From Chrysomallon squamiferum (lineage: Eukaryota; Animalia; Mollusca): a DNA stretch of 64,000 bases. The notes under the pieces are model-generated. The model was not told where the DNA came from. It was given only the letters and a program-made list of their open reading frames with translations, and made no database searches. This document shows, in pieces, positions 1 to 10,717 of the stretch. A program made the position numbers and the translations under genes. Location of the stretch: NCBI GenBank assembly GCA_012295275.1, contig CM022671.1, positions 5,208,001 through 5,272,000 on the forward strand. The letters run 5' to 3'. Position 1 is the first letter of the stretch, and each line of letters begins with the position of its first letter.

Positions 1-319
1 CTCGAGACATGCGTTAATAACGAAAAGCGAAAAACGGTACTCGCGCCTGCGCAGTCGCATCACAAAAATATTGTTACGAGATGTGACACCACTGTGTCTG
101 GTTTTTGTGTGTAATTCTGATCTGAAAGTCGTTCATCTCGGAGGGTGTTAGGTACTAGGGTCGCCTCCTTATTCAGATCATTTAAAACGTGTGTATATTT
201 TATGCAATACGAATGTATTGATTTCAGCCATTATTAATTTTAAAGGATGTCAGAGGGGGTTTCTTCATTCAGTCTTATCTCATACGTTATATTTAACATA
301 CTATCTGTACTTCTACGTC

Positions 320-410
320 ACTGGTTAGGGGACTAGCTGAAGTTTTGTAGATATCGAGATCGATCCCCTTTAGTGCGCTGTTTGAATGGTTTCCCGTTCC
401 TGCTCATTTC
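320..410 (+). mobile_element. Possible very degenerate tRNA-derived SINE fragment
   Basis: B-box-like GAGATCGATCCC followed by TTTCCCGTTCC, reminiscent of the SINE copy at 14.6 kb. Similarity is weak and judged by eye. Confidence 0.2.
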
Positions 411-1079
411 AGTTAGACTAAATTTCAAAATATTTTTTTTAAATTAATTTTCGTCTTATTCTTACTTTAGCATCATTCATTCTTTTGTTGAACTCATCAC
501 CAATTTAAAAAGCATTGACTTTTAAGCGAGTGAAACCAATTAACACGCATTAAGATATTTTTAAATTAGTACCAGACTACACGATACCAGTATCTTTAAG
601 AAATTTCAGCTCTCAAGTGTTACTTTTCTATAGCGGTTTCTGATCAGGACAGAAGTATTTAATTTACATTGTCTGGAAGAAAATTCGACTACTTAAATTT
701 GTCTGTGAAATCAACCGATACGGCCTCTGTGTGTGTTCGTTCCAGACGCGCTTTCAGAGCCGTTCAGTTCAGTGTTTCAGTTTAATTCTCTCTCCTACAA
801 GCTGCAGGCTCGGCTTTGACAGAAGTAAGGAGATTTATTTAACATTTGTCAGTTCCTTCGATTAGTTCACATCAGGCCGGGCTGGGCAGTGACGAGGACT
901 TGTCTAGAAAGAAGAAAATCCGCTGTAAAAGATTTTGTTTGACGATTGTTCGATATACACTGATCTTGTACAGACTTGTATGTAAAACTTAGCGAACAAA
1001 TTAGTACTTACTTATATATATATACATATACACACACACACAGATATAGGCACACGCATATACACTCATTAAAACATGC

Positions 1080-1110
<31 letters not shown>

Positions 1111-1112
<2 letters not shown>

Positions 1113-1205
1113 GGGTGGCCCAAAAGTAGGTTTACAGTTATTACGTAGGCAATTTATTTTAAAATATAAGCATGTTTCAAGCATTAAAATGTCCTCCTTC
1201 AACAT
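1111..1205 (-). mobile_element. Tc1/mariner-type transposon end remnant next to a (TA)n tract
   Basis: CAGGGTGGCCCAAAAGT at 1111 resembles mariner-type terminal inverted repeats. About 80 bp inside, the minus strand reads EGGHFNA*, similar to the GGHFE C-terminus of such transposases. No second TIR was seen. Confidence 0.45.
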
Positions 1206-1302
1206 TTTATTTTATGTTATGAATATATATATATACTTATCCAAACACATACATACACAGATACGCAAACAAAAATATTAACAAAGCGTAAGTAATAGTA
1301 GA

Positions 1303-1465
<163 letters not shown>

Positions 1466-2408
1466 ATCTCATTCTCTTTGAGGCTTTCAAATTAACTCAC
1501 ATGCGCACTATTCTGTTTATCTCGCAAACACACACCTACACAGATGCAAATAAATTTCTTAGAAATAAGTCGATTGTTATCTGAAAGAAAGAAAAAAAGA
1601 TACCTGAATGCCTGATCCATTAATATCCGTCTCATTAGTGACTATACACAGTGGTATACCTTGTTTAATAGAAACTGTTTTTTTTTTTTTTTTTTCTTCT
1701 CTTGTCAGATCTGTGCTTATTAATGCATCTTCTGAAACACCACTCGTGTTACTAACATAGAGAAACAGTTACTTCTGATTAATAGTTAATGTCTTTGGGA
1801 CTAGCTGAAAAAAAATCCGTAGAAATGTTAATGGGAAGAAAAAAAGAAAAAAAAAAAAAGGAAAAATAAATAAAGGAAAATAGGAAAAGAAGGAATGAAA
1901 AAAAAAAAAGGATAATGAGAGAAAAATGGAGAAAGAAAGAACAGAGATATAAATAAAGAAAAACAGAAAAATGATAAAGAAAAAAGAATATAAAAATTTT
2001 AAAGAAAAAAGAAGAGAAAGATAACGAAAAATTAATTATATATATTAAAAAAAAATAATAATAATAATAAGAAGAAAATAATGAAGAAGCAAGTAAAAAA
2101 CAAAATAGAAACGTCTCAAGTTATTTGACTTTTAGAGTTCCGTGTGTGTGTGTGTGTGCCTGTGTGTGTGTGTGTGTGTGCCTGTGTGTGTACTGTGTGT
2201 GTGTGCGTGTGCGTGCGTGCGTGCACACCGACTTCAGTGTCATTAAGTAAAATATATATATATATATATTTTTATTTTTTTTTTTTATAAGTAGAAGATA
2301 AAGAAATATTTGTAAGACTTATTTCCTGTCAGAAGTGATAAATAGAAAAATGATGTTTTGTTTCTTCTTTTTTTTTCCTGCCAATATATTTAGTTAAGTG
2401 CAAGCGAG

Positions 2409-2445
<37 letters not shown>

Positions 2446-3058
2446 GCAAAGAGAAAATAAAATTTAAAAAAAAGTCGTGTAAGCGGAACCAAAGAGAATT
2501 ATGGGAAGAGACGTTAGCACGTAATTTTAATATCATTATGATGATGACGATGATGATGGTTATTATTATTGTTGTTGTTGTTGTTGTTATTGTTATTATT
2601 ATTAAGTTGTTCTTTATACTAAAAATCATGTATTTCCATATTGAAAGTTCTCTCTATAACAACGGCACCTCACCTATTCAGGAAATTTGTCACAAATTCA
2701 TTACGAATCTACGTCTTTCTTTCTCTCTTTTCTTTTTCTTTCCTTAATTTATTCCCAGTGGTATATCAAACAGCGTACAGTGATATGCAGTTTATTCATA
2801 TTCGTATACAACTGCACTATAACTGCATCATTATTTTTATTTTATTTTCGTATGCAACACCGAAACAGAAGAAAAATTCAGTTTTGCAAATTGAATTTAA
2901 GGTCTTTGTTGTGGCGACTCAGGAGCTCTAGACTTTTGTTATTATTGAATTTTATTTACTGTGCCGTTTATAAAATATCTTAATGTATTCATTGTTCAGT
3001 TGTATTTTAATTGATATTTATATTTATATTTATATTTATATTTATATTTTGTTCACAG

Positions 3059-3150
3059 CTGCATCAAAGATTGAAGAAATGATTTTGGAATCGAACGCAA
3101 AGACGGACCAACTGAAACGAAAATTTCTTCACAAAATGAATCAAAATAAT
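3059..3150 (+). CDS. Universal stress protein (USP/UspA family), penultimate exon; gene is 5'-partial
   Basis: Acceptor ttcacag at 3058 and donor GTAAGA at 3151. Encodes (x)ASKIEEMILESNAKTDQLKRKFLHKMNQNN and joins in phase 0 to the exon at 3433. Confidence 0.8.
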
Positions 3151-3432
3151 GTAAGACATTTAATAACTAACAATTCTCTGACAGCAGCAGCAGTAGTAGT
3201 AGTAGTAATAGTAATGTAGTAGTAATAATAATAATAATAATAATGGTGATGATGATGATAATGATGATGATGATAATAAATTATATTTTCAAAATACAAT
3301 CAACTAAAAAACAGAAAATATATAAAAATATTATTATTATTATTATTATTATTATTAAAATAAAATAAAATAAAATATAAATAAAAATTAAATAAATGTA
3401 ATTTAGAAAATACATTTACGATTAATTTCTAG

Positions 3433-3660
3433 GTAACGGGAGAATTCGTCGCGTTGGACGAATCAAAGGTGGGACGGGGAATCGTGGACTTCGCCAACAA
3501 GGTAAACGCGAGTTACATCGTAACCGGAACTCGAGGACTCGGCAAATTCCGCCGAACCCTGCTCGGAAGCGTAAGCGACTACATCATTCACCACGCACAG
3601 ACCCCAGTGCTAGTGTGTCGACCAGAAGTTCACCCGGAAGAAAAACAACATTCTCACTGA
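3433..3660 (+). CDS. Universal stress protein (USP/UspA family), last coding exon
   Basis: Acceptor ttctag at 3432. Encodes VTGEFVALDESKVGRGIVDFANKVNASYIVTGTRGLGKFRRTLLGSVSDYIIHHAQTPVLVCRPEVHPEEKQHSH*. It has the USP ATP-binding motif G-2x-G-9x-GS and the typical PVLV end. Candidate AATAAA at 4227 and 4380. Confidence 0.93.
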   Translation, partial: VTGEFVALDESKVGRGIVDFANKVNASYIVTGTRGLGKFRRTLLGSVSDYIIHHAQTPVLVCRPEVHPEEKQHSH

Positions 3661-4007
3661 CGATAACAACGACGACGGCATCACTATTAATATATATATA
3701 TATACATATATATGTGTGTGTGTCGCCCGTGGGCACGAATTGAATTATTATTAACTGCATAATCGGACATTTTGAAGGATACTGACTTTAAATGGCGTCC
3801 AGAACTGATTACATCATTACTTTAACATCATCATTAGCAACTACCACAGCGTCATCAGTAACAAGAAAGGGAATAAGCAATGACTTCAGAGCCATTTGAT
3901 TTATATTAATGTATTTTGTTTGAAATTCATAAATATTAAGTGTTTGTAAAAAAATATTAGTCTTAATTATGATATTGTTACATGTAGTAGTTCTGAAAGC
4001 CAAAACC

Positions 4008-4052
<45 letters not shown>

Positions 4053-4690
4053 TTAATAATAATAATAATATCCTTATTTCAAGAACAGCCAACTGCGTTC
4101 ATACGCAGTTAGGACCAAAACATTAATTATCAGTTTTTATTTTCACAAACTAATTATTACCAATAATTTTGAATGAAATTGCAATTTTCGCAGCTTTAGT
4201 TTTTCACGTATTCAGCGATATGGTAGAATAAAGTGATTGTATTACAACACGTTCTGTTTCCGTGGTGTCTGAATCTTCAGGAAATCAGTGTAAAACAGAA
4301 CTGAAAACTGGAATGTCAGAATCACACATATTGTCATCAAAAATTCTGGCGTTATCTACTGATAGCCATTGACATCAGAAATAAATAATAATAATATATT
4401 GTTTATTGTTTCTTGTTAATTTTAGATAATTTATTTTGTTTTAGCGTTATTTATCAGAAATTAATCATATAGATACAGACACTCCCCATCAAAAGATAAT
4501 GAGAATAATGTGTACACACACATTAATGTGTATATATATGTACATATACACATAAATACATACATACAAACACATAGATACATATACATCCACCCACACA
4601 TAAATATATATATATATACACACACAGACACACACACATACACACACAAACACGTTATATATTGTGTGTATGTGTGTATGTATGAGAGAG

Positions 4691-4755
<65 letters not shown>

Positions 4756-5321
4756 TTTCAAGTCCATTATATTATACAAAAACTATTATTAAACTATCCT
4801 TCAATATTGGTCGCATGCCTGATACATAATAGGATTAATACTACTCGACGCACCTATCGCGTTCTTTCCCGTTATTGCCAGTGCTCGGTGAATGGTACGT
4901 CATGAGTGTTGAGCATGTTTGCTCGTGTGTGGAAAGACGTAAGCAAAACGTCACTTCGAGTTAACGTGGGTAAAACGCATCACATCCAGCTACAGTTTTC
5001 TGTTTCGTTCAAACAGTTTTCAGTGAATGAAAGGAGAATGAAAGTCTGGATAGGTGGAGCGAACGACAGGTGTCAAATAAAAAGGTTTGTGTGACACATG
5101 AAGTAGAAACCTGTTGTTGTTATTAAAATGGTTATTCGTATGAATTAATATCAAGGAAAGTTTTATATATATATATTTTGTGTGTGTGTATATATATATA
5201 TACACATATACATACATAGATATATATATAGATACAGAAAGAGAGAAAATACCAGATAGTAGTAGTAGTAGTAGCAGTAGTAGCAATAACAACAACAACT
5301 AAATAATAACATCTTATTTTT

Positions 5322-5468
5322 ACTCCTCCTCCTCCTCCTGCTCCTCCTCCTCCTGCTCCTCCTCCTCCTCCTACTACTACTCCTACTACTACTACTCCTA
5401 CTACTACTACTACTACTACTACTACTCCTCCTACTACTCCTACTACTACTACTACTACTACTACTTAC

Positions 5469-5517
<49 letters not shown>
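5322..5517. repeat. Compound trinucleotide microsatellite (CTC)n-(CTA)n-(TTA)n
   Basis: Directly visible graded run of triplet repeats. Confidence 0.9.
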
Positions 5518-5519
<2 letters not shown>

Positions 5520-6012
5520 AATAAAACAAAAGCTAATAATATAATTTACACTCTAGAATAATGACGGATCAAAACATTCCAAACTACCCTGGTACGGACT
5601 TTCACAACCTTTTTTTTACCCCTTGTCAATATTATTTGAAAATTAACTTTGAACATATAATTAAAAATACATTTTCCTCAAATATAGGAAAAATGTCCGT
5701 AAATCAGAACATTAGTAGCAATATATGAAATTACAAACAACAGAATCCAGTCGCTATGCCAGTAAATTATCCCTAGTTGTCAAGATTCTGTCGAGATTTT
5801 GTTACTTTCCTGTGAAAATCACGTTTACTCTTTCACTCAGGAATCGAAGGCGTTTATTCAATTTACCTCGGCAGCAGGTGTGAGTTGCACCTTTGTTTTT
5901 GCTAACAAGACGCAATCTTGATAAGCAGTAGATTCAATTGAGATTCGGTTAGACGTGTGAGCAATTTGTGTAGCATCTGCACGGTTATCAAACAAAAAAT
6001 CAATCTGTCTGC

Positions 6013-6600
<588 letters not shown>

Positions 6601-6822
6601 GTGTGTCTGTGTGTGATGTGACTTTGCCCTTTCGTATTTCAGTGTTTACTACTAACTGATAGAAACCTCATGAAAATATTTACATAAATTAATTATATAA
6701 AATAATATTTTTTTTTAATAATTACTGGAAAAAAAAGAGCCTTTTTGTATCAGTCTGTATATATAAATATAACAATTCCGTAGAATGTAACGAGTAAATG
6801 GTTGAGAACTGTTTAGACCAAG

Positions 6823-6836
6823 GGAAGTGACGTCAC
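6823..6836 (+). promoter_or_regulatory. Overlapping ETS-CRE composite motif
   Basis: GGAAGTGACGTCAC, containing the perfect palindrome GTGACGTCAC, about 500 bp upstream of the putative start of the peptide gene. Confidence 0.4.
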
Positions 6837-6918
6837 GAAAAAGGAAAAATTCTTATATCCATTATATTCACAGGCACGGTGTATTCATTTATTATCAACA
6901 AAAGTTGAAGGCTAATTT

Positions 6919-6952
<34 letters not shown>

Positions 6953-7322
6953 GCAATTTGTAAACTAAAAAGATGAAATAACAACAACAACAACAAATAA
7001 TAACAATAGTAGTTATAGTAGCAGTAGTAACAGTAGTAGCAATAGTAGCAGTCGTAGTAGAAGTAAGTGCAGTTGCAATGGTAATATCAGCTACAAATAC
7101 AGATTCATCATCATCAGCAACAACAACAGCAGCAACAACAACAACAATAATAATATTAAATCAAAGCCATGTTAAAAAAAAAAAAAATGAAAAACGAAGG
7201 AAAGAAATTCTATGAAAAAAATCGATAATAATAACAATATTAAATTTCGTCAGATTGGTGAATTAAGTGAACAATACATTTATTGTGTGTGTGTGAAGTG
7301 TGTGAAATCCGGGTTAGGTTTG

Positions 7323-7387
7323 TATATATTCACTCACACTTCTCGTACCATTTACTATTCTCACATACGATCATTTTCGAACGTAAG
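7323..7387 (+). promoter_or_regulatory. Putative core promoter and non-coding first exon of the secreted-peptide gene
   Basis: TATATATT at 7323 and an initiator-like CATT about 26 bp later. Two candidate donors (GTAAGG at 7383, AAG|GTAATT at 7388) are followed by T-rich intron-like sequence. Confidence 0.45.
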
Positions 7388-7430
7388 GTAATTCTTCTAA
7401 TTTTTATTTTTTATTTATTTATTTATTTAT

Positions 7431-7496
7431 TATACTTCTAGCAAGTCGTATATTGTAACATCTCTTTGTACTTCTGGCTATTTTCTTTGTTTAGAT

Positions 7497-7539
<43 letters not shown>

Positions 7540-7544
7540 TCTAT

Positions 7545-7579
<35 letters not shown>

Positions 7580-7651
7580 TTATTATACTTCTAGCAAGTC
7601 GTATATTGTAACTTCTCTTTGTATCTCTGACTATTTTCTTTGTTTAGATTT
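7431..7651. repeat. Direct duplication of about 68 bp separated by (TTTA)n
   Basis: TATACTTCTAGCAAGTCGTATATTGTAAC...TTTTCTTTGTTTAGATTT at 7431-7498 and 7584-7651 with few mismatches. Confidence 0.9.
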
Positions 7652-7925
7652 TTATTTTATTTTAAATTTTTCTTAAACTGATTTTAAATATTGTTGTTTA
7701 TCAATTTGTATGCTGTCAGTTTCTTTTTATTATTATTATAGTTGTTGTTGTTGTTATTATTATTACTTTGTGTCTGTGCTTCTTTCCGATTGTCTGTAGG
7801 TATGTCAGATTAGTGCATTTTATGTTATTAACTGGCTTGTGTATATTGGTTCTCTTTGTTTTCTCCATATCGTAGTATTTTTATTTTTATTTTTAATTTA
7901 CTTATTTATTTATTTTCTTATGTGT

Positions 7926-8547
7926 GTGTTTGTGTTTTAAATGAAACATTTACTGGTTTGTGTGTTTGAGATGAAATATTTACTGGTTTGTGTGTTTGAG
8001 ATGAAATATTTACTGGTTTGCGTGTTTTAGATGAAATATCTACTGGTTTGCGTGTTTTAGATGAAATATTTACTGGTTTGCGTGTTTGAGATGAAATATT
8101 TAGATGAAATACGTATATTCGATGTCTGTTGGTTTGCGTGTTTTAGATGAAATATTTACTGGTTTGCGTGTTTTAGATGAAATATTTACTGGTTTGTGTG
8201 TTTTAGATGAAATATTTACTGGTTTGCGTGTTTTAGATGAAATATTTACTGGTTTGCGTGTTTTAGATGAAATATTTACTGGTTTGTTTTTAGATGAAAT
8301 GGTTTGTGTGTTTTAAAAATATTTACTGGTTTGCGTGTTTTAGATGAAATATCTACTGGTTTGCGTGTTTTAGATGAAATATTTACTGGTTTGCGTGGTT
8401 TAGATGAAATATTTACTGTATTGCGTGTTTGAGATGAAATATTTACTGGTTTATGTGTTTTAGATTAAATATTTACTGGTTTGTGTGTTTTAGATGAAAT
8501 ATTTACTGGTTTGCGTGTTTTAGATGAAATATTTACTGGTTTGCGTG
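7926..8547 (+). repeat. 30-bp tandem array (about 20 copies) of the splice acceptor, ATG and first codons of the peptide gene
   Basis: Unit ATGAAATATTTACTGGTTTGCGTGTTTTAG. The last copy (8524) runs on as the real coding exon. Confidence 0.95.
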
Positions 8548-8668
8548 CTGTTACTTCTCATTGTTCTACCTGATTCTGACGCTTGGTGGCTAAATTCAAG
8601 AATCAGAAGATGGCTCTCTCGTAAGAAAGAGGGCTTTAAAAAATGGTTCAAGAATTTTAAACAAGGAG
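8524..8668 (+). CDS. Secreted cationic peptide/EF-hand precursor (AMP-like), coding exon 1: signal peptide and cationic helix
   Basis: tttag|ATG. Encodes MKYLLVCVLLLLIVLPDSDA|WWLNSRIRRWLSRKKEGFKKWFKNFKQG, with a hydrophobic core and S-D-A cleavage site. Phase-1 donor G|GTAACG at 8669. Confidence 0.85.
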
Positions 8669-8955
8669 GTAACGTATTTTTGTTTTGTTTATTGTATGCA
8701 AATAAAAACTCAGAAGTCATACAGATAAATATATACACACACATACACAGACACACAAATATATAAACACATATACCAACATACATGCATGCATACATAC
8801 ATACATACATAGATGTATGGACAAATATGAAAGCAACAACTTCCTCTTTTACATCATTATATATTATGCATTTGTTAACATAGATAATAAATGTCAGTAT
8901 TTGAATCCACTGAACAAGTACTAGTTAATTATTTAAGTATTTAATCATTCCTCAG

Positions 8956-9081
8956 TGAAAACAGGACGATCAGTCAACGATGTGGATCAGGATGAAGATG
9001 GGTCGATTGATTTTCGAGAACTGGAACACGTGTTAGGAACACGTGACGCTGAAGACTTCTTCGAAATTTTGGGATTGAACG
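8956..9081 (+). CDS. Secreted cationic peptide/EF-hand precursor, coding exon 2: GR processing site and EF-hand
   Basis: Acceptor ttcctcag at 8955; 126-nt phase 1-1 exon. Encodes (V)KTGRSVNDVDQDEDGSIDFRELEHVLGTRDAEDFFEILGLN, with the canonical EF loop DQDEDGSIDFRE. Donor GTCTGT at 9082. Confidence 0.82.
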
Positions 9082-9120
9082 GTCTGTTGATTGCAGTATA
9101 ACTGTGCATCATGTGTCGTA

Positions 9121-9275
9121 TCGTGTCTCGTCGTGTTTTGTCGTTTCATATCGTGTCTCGTCGTGTTTTGTCGTTTCATATTGTGTCTCGTCGTGTTTTG
9201 TCGTTTCATATCGTGTCTCGTCGTGTTTTGTCGTCTCATATTGTGTCTCGTCGTGTTTTGTCGTTTCATATCGTG
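9121..9275. repeat. 30-bp minisatellite (5 copies) built from pentamers
   Basis: Unit TCGTG-TCTCG-TCGTG-TTTTG-TCGTT-TCATA, in the intron after the EF-hand exon. Confidence 0.93.
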
Positions 9276-9314
9276 AATAACGTATTTTGTCTCGTCGTGT
9301 TTATTTATTTATTC

Positions 9315-9362
<48 letters not shown>

Positions 9363-9617
9363 CATTATTATGATGATTATTGTTGTTGTTGTTGTTGTTA
9401 TTATTTTTTATTTTTTATTTTTTTATTGATTCTTTGTTATCTTGTTATTCATTTTAGCTATCTATTCATTTTGCTTATTTATTTCATTCAGTTAATTTTA
9501 TTCACATACATTTTCTTCTATTATTTTACTTTATTATTTATTCTTGATTTATTTATTTATTTATTTTTATTTGTTCGTTTGTTTATTAATTAATTTATTT
9601 ATTTATTTACTGTTTAG

Positions 9618-9697
9618 CTCATGACACTTTGTCAACTGAGGATTTCAAGAGAAGTTTTGATGGTGAAGATTTTGATGGTGAAGATTTTGATGAATAA
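9618..9697 (+). CDS. Secreted cationic peptide/EF-hand precursor, coding exon 3: degenerate second EF-hand and acidic tail
   Basis: Acceptor tgtttag at 9617. Encodes (A)HDTLSTEDFKRSFDGEDFDGEDFDE*. Consensus donor GTAAGT at 9700, 2 nt after the stop. Confidence 0.75.
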
Positions 9698-9720
9698 AAG
9701 TAAGTCTGTCTGTATCTCGG

Positions 9721-9786
<66 letters not shown>

Positions 9787-9787
9787 G

Positions 9788-9824
<37 letters not shown>

Positions 9825-9986
9825 GCACAAACACTCACTTACACATATACACACAAATCCAAAAACACACAAATACATATACTTATGTTCCAAAATGCAT
9901 AATAGTTTTATTAGGTATCCCATCTAAAATACATATTTTCTAACTAAATAAACTAATATATTTTTTTATCACTTTCTTCTTTTCAG

Positions 9987-10040
9987 AAATAGCTGTTAAG
10001 GTCATGCACTGAAATAAAAGGTTTCATCTGAACATTTCTT
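9987..10040 (+). terminator. Non-coding last exon with poly(A) signal of the peptide gene
   Basis: Strong acceptor ctttcttcttttcag at 9986, AATAAA at 10013-10018, T-rich downstream element. Confidence 0.65.
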
Positions 10041-10487
10041 GTACCTTTTATTTTATTTTTATTTCTTTCATTATTCTTTTTCGTGTTAATGCATTTAAAT
10101 TTTTCTTCTTATAAAAATTTTTACTTCAAAAAGCAACAGCATATGAAAAATTTACCATTTTGGTGAAAAAACAGCTAAGAAAAAAAATAAATTAAATTAA
10201 ATTTACGATGGGAAGTAAATGCTGCAAGACGGAAAGGCAATATCGGAAACAGAGTGCTCTCCCTTGCGTGGTAACTGTTTTCCAAAGTTGTTAAAATAGA
10301 TGCAGTAATAGTGATAGTAGAAATAGTAGTAGTGGTTTTAGTAGTAGTAGTAATAGTAGTAGGAATAGTTATAGTAGTAATAGCAGTAGCAGCAGTAGTT
10401 ATAGTAGTCGTAGTAACAAGAAATGTTGGTTCTAGAAAGGATCGTAGTCCTAGCCACATAGAAACAGAATAGATTATTAAACTGATA

Positions 10488-10491
<4 letters not shown>

Positions 10492-10568
<77 letters not shown>

Positions 10569-10644
10569 AATGTATTACTTTAGTGGAGATCCTCTTTTCA
10601 TGCTTTATGTACATGTTTCTATGTTTTAGTGCGTATTTGTATAT

Positions 10645-10716
<72 letters not shown>
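10492..10716. repeat. Inverted pair of (CT)n and (GA)n microsatellites
   Basis: (CT)n at 10492-10567 and (GA)n at about 10647-10716, with a spacer of about 80 bp. Confidence 0.9.

Positions 10717-10717
<1 letters not shown>

Noticed and set aside
8104-8316. ORF with LRVLDEIFTG repeats
   Set aside because: It is an alternative reading frame of the 30-bp array, with no independent coding evidence
7926-8547. 30-bp array as a CRISPR array
   Set aside because: Units are head-to-tail with no unique spacers, the context is eukaryotic, and there are no cas genes
8669-8766. C-terminal part of the 80-aa ORF 8524-8766
   Set aside because: Read-through into the intron after the GT donor at 8669; the sequence becomes (CA)/(TA) repeats
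9033-9593. ORFs with MKRQNTTRH and IVSRRVLSFH repeats
   Set aside because: Translations of the intronic 30-bp minisatellite and (TAT)n
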